A program made the translations under genes and the position numbers. Positions 1 through 8,680 of a stretch of DNA of 64,000 nucleotides are shown one piece after another (the stretch's first letter is position 1; the number at the start of each line of letters is the position of its first letter). Location: contig JAXMOL010000014.1 of NCBI GenBank assembly GCA_034669905.1, forward strand, positions 32,001 through 96,000, written 5' to 3'. The notes below the pieces were generated by a model, which saw only the letters and a program-made list of their open reading frames with translations, searched no databases and was not told the origin of the DNA. The stretch comes from Candidatus Hydrogenedentota bacterium (lineage in GTDB: Bacteria > Hydrogenedentota > Hydrogenedentia > Hydrogenedentales > JAEUWI01).

Positions 1-738
1 TTTGAATCCGGCGTCGGCGGCATAGGGACGATAGATGCTCCGCCAGGCCTCCCGGTGATCCACGCTGAAAAAGGCATCCATATAGTCGTCATCGGCCCAG
101 GTGGTGCCCACTTCCATCCCCAGCCGCGTGCGGGGGGTAAAGGGTATACGTGTGCCCAGACTGAGCTTCGCGGTGAAACCCTCGTGTCCCCCGGCCACTT
201 CCTGGCGCAAGACCAACTGAGTCGCCACCGGTCCGGTACGAAGAAAGAAATTGGCTCCGACATCCAGACCGACATCCACATCGGAAAGTCCGCGAAGATA
301 CTTATTGTTGTCCCGGGTCGAAAAGAGGGAATCGCTGTCTCCCTTGCGCGATGCCGAAGGACTGATGGCCGGCTCCAGCCGGAATTCCACCTTCTTAAAC
401 GGACTCTCCGCATCGTTTTCGAACTGGAGTAAGGTGTAGGAAAGCCCACGGAAGGAGAGATTGAACTTGTGCCAGTTGTTGATTTCAATGACCGGCAGGG
501 GTGTAAACCCATAGTCCTTCGACCCTTCAAAATCCGGGGAAACAAGAAAACCTGCACCCAGACGAAGCGTGGTGGCATCGCCCGCGTCGGGAACCGCCGC
601 CTCGGCGGCAATGGGTGCTTCAGGAGCTTCCTCCGTTGCCGCGGGGGAGTCTTGCGCCATAGCCCCTGGCGCACCAAATACGACCGCTGCGAGCAATACA
701 CTGCCCGGCACCATCCTGTGGAGAATTTGAAAACCCAT
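1..738 (-). CDS. MipA/OmpV family outer-membrane protein (3' end runs off the window)
   Basis: Absent from the ORF track because there is no stop in the window. Hand translation from ATG 738 (GAGG upstream) is open to position 1: MGFQILHRMVPGSVLLAAVVFGAPGAMAQ (signal peptide)...LRLGAGFLVSPDFEGSKDYGFTPLP...LRGLSDVD...TTWADDDYMDAFFSV...YAADAGFK. The PxYEGS and WADxxYMxxxFxV motifs are MipA-like. Confidence 0.8.
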   Translation of the reverse strand, partial: MGFQILHRMVPGSVLLAAVVFGAPGAMAQDSPAATEEAPEAPIAAEAAVPDAGDATTLRLGAGFLVSPDFEGSKDYGFTPLPVIEINNWHKFNLSFRGLSYTLLQFENDAESPFKKVEFRLEPAISPSASRKGDSDSLFSTRDNNKYLRGLSDVDVGLDVGANFFLRTGPVATQLVLRQEVAGGHEGFTAKLSLGTRIPFTPRTRLGMEVGTTWADDDYMDAFFSVDHREAWRSIYRPYAADAGFK

Positions 739-842
739 GACCTCTACCTCCGGTCGTCGTTAAAGTTTACCGCGTGTATCGCAGTATAGACCGACCGGTA
801 AGCACTGTCAAAAGGTACACTGACGAAAGGCGACGCCCAAGC

Positions 843-1013
843 TTAGGCACGGGCGAGGAGATGGCGAAAAACCAACACGCTGGGCACCAGCAGAAGAATC
901 GCCGCAATCCCATCCGCCATGCCGTCTGCCAGCAGGCCCAGGGTGATCGCAAAAGCAATGACGACGGCACAGGTCCAGGGACCGGGCGCAAATTTCCCAG
1001 GGGATTTAGTCAT
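843..1013 (-). CDS. Small (56 aa) two-TM membrane protein of the type that follows PepSY-TM genes
   Basis: MTKSPGKFAPGPWTCAVVIAFAITLGLLADGMADGIAAILLLVPSVLVFRHLLARA. The ATG at 1013 overlaps the end of the PepSY gene (stop 1006-1008). LLxDGxxD hairpin motif. Confidence 0.65.
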   Translation of the reverse strand: MTKSPGKFAPGPWTCAVVIAFAITLGLLADGMADGIAAILLLVPSVLVFRHLLARA

Positions 1014-2268
1014 GGAGCATCTCTCGTGCGGCGAGGGTTTCCGACACCGGATCGGGCGCGACGGCGGCCGCTGCCTGCGCCTTCCGCTGACGGGCACGCC
1101 GCCATTTGATGAAATACATGAGGTAGCCACTAATCGAAAGAAAACCGGATGATAGCCCAAGCAAGAGATACGCAAAATAGACGGGCTTCCCGCCAAAGGC
1201 GCCGGTGTGCAAGGGTGCCCCCAACAGGATGGCTTCCATCCACCAGGTAAGCGCATACACCTGCGGACGGGGTGTGGCTTCGGCGGTCACAATACCAATC
1301 TCCGGCACCAGGCCGTGTTCGAAGGGGTCGGGCTCGGCAAAAAAAGTAAAGACCTTGTCGCCCTGGATGGCATCGGGGCCGGGGTATTCGAGCCGAATCA
1401 CGGTGTGGTCTGGAAATACCGATTGGGCGTGACGGTAGATGACATCAATGTTGGGCGGCGGTGTCACCGGTACGATTTCACCCACCTGGGATTCGATGGC
1501 CTTCAAATCCTCCCGGACCTGAATCTGAATGGCGAAAAGCCCCAGGGTCAGGCCAATGCCGGTGACGGCCATCATCAGGTTAAAGGCGAGGGCGGCCATC
1601 CCGATGAGCTTGTGCATATCCGCCCAGCGAATGGGCGTCGCCCGCTTCCAGCGGATGGCCCCAAAGACCAGTCCCTTCATGAAGGGCGCATAAATAATCC
1701 AACCGGTGACCGTGGAAATCAGAAAAATTACGCCGCCGATACCCGTCAGCAAGGTGCCTACCAGCCCCAGGGCGAGGTTGGTGTGCAAACTCAGCATCAA
1801 CGCCGCCACGCGTTGGTAACGGGGCAGGGGCGCATCAACGGCGGCCGACTCCGCCGTGGCAACTACCCCTTCGCCCACAGGGGGAATCCCTTCGGGAAGC
1901 GTCCCCCGTATCAAACTCAGGGCACCGGTGTAGGGCTCCACGGCAAAGCGCAGATGGGTGTGGGAATCCACCAGTTCCACCCGCAGCTCATGAAGATCCC
2001 CCTCCGCCAGCGCATAGGTCACCCGCTCCACGACCAGCTCGTGGCCCGAAAAGTGGCGTGCCAGGCCGTCGATGATGGGCTGCACCGGCAAGACCCGCTC
2101 CCCATCAATCGGCACCGCGTTCCCCACCTCGTGGGCCTCCGACGCCACCAACTCCACGCTCAGCAGATAGGTGGCCGTCACGCTGAATAACAACACATGG
2201 AGACCGATCACAAGACCGGTCCATTTGTGGATAGCATAAAGCAGACGTGTTCGGCGTACTCGATTCAT
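1006..2268 (-). CDS. PepSY-associated TM helix domain protein (iron-regulated membrane protein / putative siderophore reductase type)
   Basis: Repeated His-containing TM motifs IHKWTGL, LHTNLALG, DMHKLIG and PLHTGAFGG, plus periplasmic PepSY-like segments (VEPYTG). Start taken at MNRVRR (2268). Confidence 0.88.
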   Translation of the reverse strand: MNRVRRTRLLYAIHKWTGLVIGLHVLLFSVTATYLLSVELVASEAHEVGNAVPIDGERVLPVQPIIDGLARHFSGHELVVERVTYALAEGDLHELRVELVDSHTHLRFAVEPYTGALSLIRGTLPEGIPPVGEGVVATAESAAVDAPLPRYQRVAALMLSLHTNLALGLVGTLLTGIGGVIFLISTVTGWIIYAPFMKGLVFGAIRWKRATPIRWADMHKLIGMAALAFNLMMAVTGIGLTLGLFAIQIQVREDLKAIESQVGEIVPVTPPPNIDVIYRHAQSVFPDHTVIRLEYPGPDAIQGDKVFTFFAEPDPFEHGLVPEIGIVTAEATPRPQVYALTWWMEAILLGAPLHTGAFGGKPVYFAYLLLGLSSGFLSISGYLMYFIKWRRARQRKAQAAAAVAPDPVSETLAAREMLHD

Positions 2269-2288
2269 GGTCGTAATGGGTCCTGGCG

Positions 2289-2333
2289 AAAAAAAGGGAG
2301 TGCTGGTGGGATGGTGTGTGTCATCCCACCAGC
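2289..2333 (-). terminator. Intercistronic hairpin (leaky terminator or mRNA stabiliser) between the DUF1559 and PepSY genes
   Basis: Perfect 12-bp stem GCTGGTGGGATG/CATCCCACCAGC (2302-2313/2322-2333). A T7 run lies 6 nt downstream on the minus strand. Confidence 0.6.
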
Positions 2334-2365
2334 GAAAGACCGGAACGGGAGCAGGGTGTGCCGGC

Positions 2366-3343
2366 CTAGAAGAGGGTGTAGATGCCGATGAGGGTGCCAC
2401 TCGTGCCGTTGAGGGGCTGCTCACCCGTGGCGCTGTATTTCAGGAATTCCACGTGCCCGTCCATGTAGAGCACGTTGGACCCACCGGGAATGTGGTTGTA
2501 GGCCGACGGGTGAATGGAGATGGCGTCGAACATGACGTACACATTGCTCTGGGCCTTCGCGCTGCCTGCCGGATTATTGATATCCGTAATCAGGAAACGC
2601 TCCACGCCTTCACGAAGGCGGAGAATAGTGTCCCCACCACCATTGCCATGGCCCGGCGCACTGGAAGAAAGGTCGATGTCTTCCGACATGGCCGCCATGG
2701 GCGCATCGGTCGGGTGATCGGTCGGACTTCCCACGAGACTCAGGTAGCCCGCGAAGAAATGGTCCATCATCCAGCCCCACTGGACCGGCACCTCGGCCGT
2801 CGTATCGGCGCCGTAAAGGGTGGCCACATAATTCAGCGTCGGGGCGCTGCTGATGGCCATAAGCGGGTCATCGGCCTCGTTGCGGTCCAGCAACCAGCCA
2901 AAATACTGGTAGCTCGAATCCACCCCACGGCCACATTCCCGGAAACCGCCACCGCCATAGCCCAGGCACCACGCTCCGGTGTCATCCTTCATGCCTTCTT
3001 CCGCGCTCGAAAAATCCGCCGTGGAGGGACAGAGCAGGACACCGGGGTCGGTGAGATATTCGGGGTAAATCAGGGTGGGGTACGGCCCGGCATCCAGTAC
3101 CGCGCCCGCCGTGCCATCCGCCTTGGGGAGGTAGCCCAGGGCCACTTCCGGAAAGGTCTCCCCACGGGATTCGTTGGCATACATCTTCAAGACGACGCCC
3201 ATCTGCTTGAGATTGTTCTGGCAGCTCGTGCGCCGGGCAGCTTCACGGGCCCGGGCCAAGGCCGGCAGGAGAATGGCCGCAAGAATGCCGATAATGGCAA
3301 TAACGACCAGTAATTCGATAAGGGTAAAGCCCTTGCACTTCAT
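2366..3343 (-). CDS. DUF1559 (SBP_bac_10) protein with prepilin-type N-terminal cleavage/methylation and H-X9-DG motifs
   Basis: [44 protein letters not shown] at the N-terminus; [18 protein letters not shown] near the C-terminus. Confidence 0.93.
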   Translation of the reverse strand: MKCKGFTLIELLVVIAIIGILAAILLPALARAREAARRTSCQNNLKQMGVVLKMYANESRGETFPEVALGYLPKADGTAGAVLDAGPYPTLIYPEYLTDPGVLLCPSTADFSSAEEGMKDDTGAWCLGYGGGGFRECGRGVDSSYQYFGWLLDRNEADDPLMAISSAPTLNYVATLYGADTTAEVPVQWGWMMDHFFAGYLSLVGSPTDHPTDAPMAAMSEDIDLSSSAPGHGNGGGDTILRLREGVERFLITDINNPAGSAKAQSNVYVMFDAISIHPSAYNHIPGGSNVLYMDGHVEFLKYSATGEQPLNGTSGTLIGIYTLF

Positions 3344-3368
3344 AGTTACGTCCTTTTTGTAAAACCAA

Positions 3369-3426
3369 TGTTTAGTGATCTAAACAATAGGACGAAATAC
3401 TATCACTTACTCTGCGCACAATGCAA
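3369..3426 (-). promoter_or_regulatory. Sigma70-like promoter with downstream 7-4-7 palindrome (candidate operator)
   Basis: Minus strand TTGCAT (3426-3421)-18 nt-TAGTAT (3402-3397) with extended -10 TG. Palindrome TGTTTAG-TGAT-CTAAACA at 3369-3386 in an AT-rich gap. Confidence 0.5.
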
Positions 3427-3497
3427 TAGATAAATTACACACATCATCGCTCACCCAAAAAACCTGCCGAACACTTCGGTATACGTGCGCACCCAAC

Positions 3498-3529
3498 ACA
3501 AAACCCCGTGTCCTGGGGGACACGGGGTT
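3498..3529 (-). terminator. Intrinsic terminator of the VWA-OmpA gene
   Basis: 12-bp stem AACCCCGTGTCC/GGACACGGGGTT with a 4-nt loop, running into a T-rich tail on the minus strand. Confidence 0.75.
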
Positions 3530-3559
3530 CTGACTGGATTGGCGGATTGGGTCGACGCG

Positions 3560-4609
3560 CTAGTCGATTACAGAAATCTCGACGCGGCGATTTTCCTGGC
3601 GACCGGAACGGGTATTGTTCGGCGCAACCGGTTCGGTTTCACCATGAGCCCGGGGGAAGACCTTGTCACGGCTGGCACCACGGGCCAGCAGCGCCTCCAT
3701 CACGGCTTCGGCGCGACGCTGCGAAAGGGCTTCGTTGTAGCTGTTCGAAGCGGTCGAATCGGTGTGGCCACTGACGCAGACGAAAATGTTGTCGGTCGTC
3801 TTAAGGATGGACGCCACATTATCAAGGAGCGCGTTGTACTCGCTCTTCACAATCGATTTGTCTGTATCAAAGAGCACCTTGCCCAGAATGCGCTTTCCGC
3901 CGTCGCCGTCCACGATTTCGATGACGGCCAGGTCCTGGAAGAAGACTTCGCGGATGAAGGCGTCCATTCCGATATCGGTCGCAATCGCATCCCCGTGGCG
4001 ATAGGAACCGCAGGGCGTCAGGTTGGCCATATCGGAAAGCAGGCGTCCACCTTCCGCATCGTCACCCACCTGTACGGTATGGATGCACAAGGGCACGGGA
4101 CCATAAGCGAGCTCGACACAACGGGCCAACACGGCGTCGCGATCGGCCTTACCATCGGAAACGATGATGAGGGCCCGGGCGCGATGGGAATTCAAATAGG
4201 TTTCACCCACGTAGTGGAGGGCTTCTTCCAGGGGGGTGGATCCCGCCAGGAAGCGCGTTTCCGCGGCCGCAGCCTCAAGACCTTCCCGGTTAAGAGGCGT
4301 CATCGGATAGTCGGTCCACTCAAATTGCCACTCACCACCGAAGGACAGCAGCCCGGCACCGTAGTGCCCATCCGGGAAGCCCTTCACCATCGATTCGGTC
4401 AACGCTTTGCCGTAGGCAAAGGACGTGCCCGGCCACATGGAACCGGATGCATCCAACACGACAACCACATCTTGCAGACCGACCCGCTCCCCTTCGGCAG
4501 GTGCCGTAACGGTAGCAGGAATTACAGTTTTGTTCCCCATAGAATGGCAACCGGCAAGCGCCAGTCCTGCGATGAGTGCACAGGAAAGCCAGGATATATT
4601 TCGGTGCAT
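3560..4609 (-). CDS. Lipoprotein with VWA domain and C-terminal OmpA-like peptidoglycan-binding domain
   Basis: Lipobox LALAGC; MIDAS DASGS...T...SDG; OmpA motifs VLFDTDKS, GHTDSTASNSYNEALSQRRA, NRRVEI; AGGAG RBS. Confidence 0.9.
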   Translation of the reverse strand: MHRNISWLSCALIAGLALAGCHSMGNKTVIPATVTAPAEGERVGLQDVVVVLDASGSMWPGTSFAYGKALTESMVKGFPDGHYGAGLLSFGGEWQFEWTDYPMTPLNREGLEAAAAETRFLAGSTPLEEALHYVGETYLNSHRARALIIVSDGKADRDAVLARCVELAYGPVPLCIHTVQVGDDAEGGRLLSDMANLTPCGSYRHGDAIATDIGMDAFIREVFFQDLAVIEIVDGDGGKRILGKVLFDTDKSIVKSEYNALLDNVASILKTTDNIFVCVSGHTDSTASNSYNEALSQRRAEAVMEALLARGASRDKVFPRAHGETEPVAPNNTRSGRQENRRVEISVID

Positions 4610-4736
4610 TGTTCACTCCTTCATTTACAGACCGCTTGGAATAGCGTCCCTCAAGATATATTCGGCGACTGTCATAGTACGATTAATCGCCGCGAGTGTC
4701 AACAAATTCCCGCTCCGGCACCGGAACGAATCCCCC

Positions 4737-5429
4737 TTAGCTCCCCGCCTTCCCATTCTGACGTAGCACCGTTCTCAGCCCCACTACGAGCAGCCCCAGG
4801 GACACGCCATACCACAACACCCCCCACATCAGGGCCGGAATACCCGTATGGCGCGCCAGCAGGGTGGCATCAGATACCCCGCCACCGGGCCAGAAAACGT
4901 CAGCCTGGATATCGATCAATACATAGATACAACTGGACACCCCCACCAACAGCACCAGGAGCCGCTGAATCCAGGGCGTGCCATAGTACACGAGGGCCGT
5001 CAGGCCAGCGGCCGTCGCCAGTCCAAAAAGGAAGCCAAACCCGACCATGGGCCGGATATAGGTCAGGGTGACGACGAACAGCAGGACCGCCAACAGGGCA
5101 AGGAGAGGGCGAAGTGCCCGCTCGCGGCGGGCCAGCAGAATCGCCCCGAGCCCCCAGCACAAACTACCGGGGTAACCTGCCATCAGGATAAGGGTGTGAT
5201 TGCCCCCGGCGATCTGGCAGATACCACTTTCCCGGTTGGTGATGTTGAGATGGACCAAACGCCCCCCGGTCAGCACCCCGACGAGGGCGTGGCTCAACTC
5301 ATGAAAAAGCACGGTGAGCCACTTGAGGGGCAGCAGAATGGGCCAGTTCCAGCCGAAATACACGACGAACAGGCAAAGGAGGACGGACCAGAAAAAGGGC
5401 GAACGACGGGCCCGGTGCACGGTATTCAT
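4737..5429 (-). CDS. M50B-like intramembrane metallopeptidase
   Basis: HELSH (HExxH), AGYPG and SDA motifs; multiple TM segments. The start could alternatively be 5444. Confidence 0.85.
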   Translation of the reverse strand: MNTVHRARRSPFFWSVLLCLFVVYFGWNWPILLPLKWLTVLFHELSHALVGVLTGGRLVHLNITNRESGICQIAGGNHTLILMAGYPGSLCWGLGAILLARRERALRPLLALLAVLLFVVTLTYIRPMVGFGFLFGLATAAGLTALVYYGTPWIQRLLVLLVGVSSCIYVLIDIQADVFWPGGGVSDATLLARHTGIPALMWGVLWYGVSLGLLVVGLRTVLRQNGKAGS

Positions 5430-5492
5430 GGCAGGTTGTTGCAAGACGAACGTACACCCCGTATCAGCAGATTGTCCGGCGGCGATTTCCTA

Positions 5493-6359
5493 TCACCACG
5501 CGATGGGTTCGGGAAAATACTTTCCGATGAGTTCCTCATAATAGGGACGCAATTCTGCAACATTCGGGGGGGCATCACTCTTGGTGTAAAGATCATAGGG
5601 ATTAAAGGCTTCCACCCAGCGGAACATGGCACGATCGTGGTCATTCATCAGGTGATTATAGGCCTTTTCCCGGTGCGCCGCATAGAAGGAATGGTAGCGA
5701 ATCATATAGAGCGATTCTTCGGGCATGTAGTCTTTCACCACCTGATAGAGATACTCATCGTGCCCCCAGGACAGGTGCACGTTGTCCAGCCCGGTGCCTT
5801 CTTCGTAGATCCCACACAAGGTGGAGAGCTCGGGACGCTGGGTGTCGGGATTGGCCGCGAAAAATTCGGGATAAACGATCTTGTCGGAGAAGGCACAACC
5901 CACCGGAAAGGTATCGCCCACGACGGCCCACTGGGCTTCGCCGTAGAGACACAAGACCTTGCCCAGATCGTGGATCAGTCCGGTGAGAATGAACCAGTCC
6001 GGGTGACCGTCTTTGCGAATGCCCTCTGCCGTCTGCATGAGATGCTGAATCTGGGACAGGTCCGTATCGGGATCGCTGTCATCCACCAGGGTGTCCAGGT
6101 ATTCCATGGCTTCCCAGATGGTCATGGTGCCATGCTGTCCCGGCGCAAATTGGGCCTTCTTCTCCTGGACCAGTGCCAGGGTCTGGCCTTCGTGATTGAT
6201 GCGATAGAATTCACGCACCGTATCCCGGCCGGGCTCATCGTAGTTCCGGAAGGACGCTTTCTCTTTCCCGTTGGGATCGTAATCCGTCTCGGGGTAGCGC
6301 CGTTTCAGGTCGTCTTCCCAGGCTTCTTCCAGCTCATGATCGTAGGCAGTGTCACTCAT
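5493..6359 (-). CDS. miox: myo-inositol oxygenase (MIOX family, HD-fold diiron enzyme)
   Basis: [59 protein letters not shown] and FNPYDLYTK are hallmark MIOX blocks. Confidence 0.93.
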   Translation of the reverse strand: MSDTAYDHELEEAWEDDLKRRYPETDYDPNGKEKASFRNYDEPGRDTVREFYRINHEGQTLALVQEKKAQFAPGQHGTMTIWEAMEYLDTLVDDSDPDTDLSQIQHLMQTAEGIRKDGHPDWFILTGLIHDLGKVLCLYGEAQWAVVGDTFPVGCAFSDKIVYPEFFAANPDTQRPELSTLCGIYEEGTGLDNVHLSWGHDEYLYQVVKDYMPEESLYMIRYHSFYAAHREKAYNHLMNDHDRAMFRWVEAFNPYDLYTKSDAPPNVAELRPYYEELIGKYFPEPIAW

Positions 6360-6461
6360 CGGGCTTCTCTCCAGTTGGTCTCCTATTCTACCACCAAAGT
6401 TCATTCATCGGGCTAGCGAAATTGTTTCCATTTCATGATGACCAGCCCACCCATCAAACTG

Positions 6462-6490
6462 TTGCATTTCTAACAATCTTGTGCTAGGAT
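6462..6490 (+). promoter_or_regulatory. Candidate sigma70 promoter for the MFS-acyltransferase gene
   Basis: TTGCAT-17 nt-TAGGAT with TG extension, about 50 nt upstream of ATG 6539. Confidence 0.4.
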
Positions 6491-6538
6491 TCCAATGGTC
6501 GTGATGTCGTACTATGGGCAAAAAAGGAACTCCCCGCC

Positions 6539-8443
6539 ATGCATTCGATTGGATTGCTGAAACAACGCCGCTTTGCCCCCCTCTTCTGGGTGCAGGCCCT
6601 GGGTGCCTTTAATGACAACGTGTTCAAGAACGCCCTCGTCATTATGATCGCCTTTAAGTCCATGAGCCTGGGTGCCCTCGACCCCACGTCCATGGTGGCC
6701 CTGTGCGGGGGGCTGTTCATCCTCCCCTTCTTCCTCTTTTCCGGTGTGGCAGGCCAGATGGCCGATCACTGGCCCAAGACCCGGCTGATCCCGTGGATAA
6801 AGCTCGGGGAAATCATCATCATGGCCCTGGCCACCGCCGGACTCTTCCTGGAGCACCTCGTGTTGCTCCTCTTTGTCCTCTTTCTCATGGGGGCCCAATC
6901 TTCCTTCTTCGGCCCCATCAAATTCGGCATCTTGCCCGAGCTCCTCGAAAAAGAAGACCTCGTGGGCGGCAACGCATTGGTGGAGATGGCCACCTTCCTC
7001 GCCATCCTGCTGGGCACCCTGACCGGCGGCATCCTCATCGCCACGGACCACGGAGCCACGTGGGTCAGTGCCACCGTACTCTGCATCGCCGTGCTGGGCT
7101 GGCTGGTGACCTTCCGCCTTCAACCCACCGTCGCGACCAATCCCGGTCAGCGCATCAATTGGGATCCATTTTCATCCACCTGGCATATGCTCGCCCGGGT
7201 AGGTGCCGAGCGGGGCATCTATCTCCCCATTCTTGGCATCTCGTGGTTCTGGTTCCTCGGCGCCAGTCTGCTCGCCCTCTTCCCCACCTTCTCGAAAGAT
7301 GTGCTGGGCGGCACGGAACACCTGGTCACTTTTTTCCTCGCGGTCTTTTCCATCGGCATCGGCGTCGGCTCCATACTCTGCGAACGACTCTCCAAGGGCC
7401 GCCTGGAACTGGGACTCGTGCCCATCGGCTCCATCGGCATGACCCTCTTCACCCTCGACCTCTTCTTCGCGGGTGCGCCGCAGGCCGAAGACACCTTCAC
7501 GCTGATAGGATTTCTCACCAGTTTCGGGGGCCTCCGTATCAGCCTCGACATTCTCTTCCTGAGTATTTTCGGGGGCTGCTACATCGTGCCCCTCATGACC
7601 ATGATCCAGCAGCGCTCCGCTCCCAAACACCGGGCTTCCATTATTGCCGCGAGCAATATCGTCAATGCCCTCTTCATGGTCATCTCTTCCCTATTCCTCA
7701 TCGGGCTGCGCCTGGCGGGACTCCCCCTCCTCTGGACCTTCCTTATCCTTGCCCTCATGAATGCGGCCATCGCCCTCTACATCTATCTCCTCATTCCCGA
7801 ATTCATGTACCGCCTCCTCTGCTGGCTCCTCGCCAATATTGTCTACCGCCTCCGACTCGAAGGCGAAGACCACATCCCCCACGAGGGCCCCGTGGTATTG
7901 GCCAGCAACCACGTCACCTTTGTCGACTGGATGCTGATTGGCGGTGCCTGTCCCCGACCCGCGCGCTTTGTCATGCACCACAGTTTCATGAAAATCCCCG
8001 TGGCCAATTGGATCTTTAAGGGCGCCAAGGTCATCCCCATTGCCTCCGCCAAAGAATCCCCCACCGTCTTGAAGGCGGCCATGGACAGCATCTCAGAAGC
8101 CCTGGAAAATGGGGAAGTGGTGTGTATCTTCCCGGAAGGCCAAATCACCCGGGACGGCAACTTCAATGAATTCCGTGCTGGCATCGAGCGCATCGTGGAA
8201 CGTAATCCGGCGCCCGTAATCCCCATTGCCCTTCATGGACTCTGGGGCAGCTGGTTCAGCCGCGAACGGGGCAAGGCCCTCCGTGGCAATCCCCTCCGCT
8301 GGCTCCGCGCCCACGTCGGATTACGTATCGGCGAAGCCATCCTCGCCGAGGACGTCACGGCCGAACGGGTAAAAGAGGAAGTGCACCGCTTGTACGGAGG
8401 CGACATGCCCCTGGCCCCGAAGGAGGACGGGGAGAGCAGCTGA
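6539..8443 (+). CDS. MFS transporter (LplT-like lysophospholipid flippase) fused to a PlsC-type acyltransferase
   Basis: RFAPLFWVQALGAFNDNVFK N-terminus and a multi-TM MFS region; C-terminal NHVTFVD (HX4D) and FPEG motifs. Confidence 0.9.
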   Translation: MHSIGLLKQRRFAPLFWVQALGAFNDNVFKNALVIMIAFKSMSLGALDPTSMVALCGGLFILPFFLFSGVAGQMADHWPKTRLIPWIKLGEIIIMALATAGLFLEHLVLLLFVLFLMGAQSSFFGPIKFGILPELLEKEDLVGGNALVEMATFLAILLGTLTGGILIATDHGATWVSATVLCIAVLGWLVTFRLQPTVATNPGQRINWDPFSSTWHMLARVGAERGIYLPILGISWFWFLGASLLALFPTFSKDVLGGTEHLVTFFLAVFSIGIGVGSILCERLSKGRLELGLVPIGSIGMTLFTLDLFFAGAPQAEDTFTLIGFLTSFGGLRISLDILFLSIFGGCYIVPLMTMIQQRSAPKHRASIIAASNIVNALFMVISSLFLIGLRLAGLPLLWTFLILALMNAAIALYIYLLIPEFMYRLLCWLLANIVYRLRLEGEDHIPHEGPVVLASNHVTFVDWMLIGGACPRPARFVMHHSFMKIPVANWIFKGAKVIPIASAKESPTVLKAAMDSISEALENGEVVCIFPEGQITRDGNFNEFRAGIERIVERNPAPVIPIALHGLWGSWFSRERGKALRGNPLRWLRAHVGLRIGEAILAEDVTAERVKEEVHRLYGGDMPLAPKEDGESS

Positions 8444-8473
8444 GTGCTGCACCTCAAAAGCAAACCACTTTCT

Positions 8474-8642
8474 GGAGTGTGGGAGCTTGCTCCCACCCTT
8501 CTCCAGGGAGCTTGCTCCCGAGTCAACAAGGTGGCTACCGACCCCCGACGTTGATTTCCCTTTTCAGACTGTCACCAAGGCACATTCACTCCTCACGCGA
8601 GCAAGCTCGCTTGGGGAAAGCGCAAGCAAGCTTACGCACTCC
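8474..8642. repeat. REP family A composite element (GGAGTG...AGCTTGCT...AGCAAGCT...CACTCC)
   Basis: Left arm has two xAGCTTGCTx hairpins and right arm has two xAGCAAGCTx hairpins; lies between convergent genes. Confidence 0.8.
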
Positions 8643-8680
8643 GAAGCGACTCGTTGGGAGAAGCCCCCCCATGTTACCTC

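Noticed and set aside
3485..6416. Long + strand ORFs of 528 and 522 aa, and similar antisense ORFs throughout (e.g. 10884-12344, 35898-37460, 62353-63744)
   Set aside because: They are shadow frames of well-supported opposite-strand genes, expected in high-GC DNA, and have no recognisable motifs.
6415..6432. GAAATTGTTTC as an inositol-regulator operator upstream of miox
   Set aside because: Only a 4-bp palindrome in a single copy; too weak to support.
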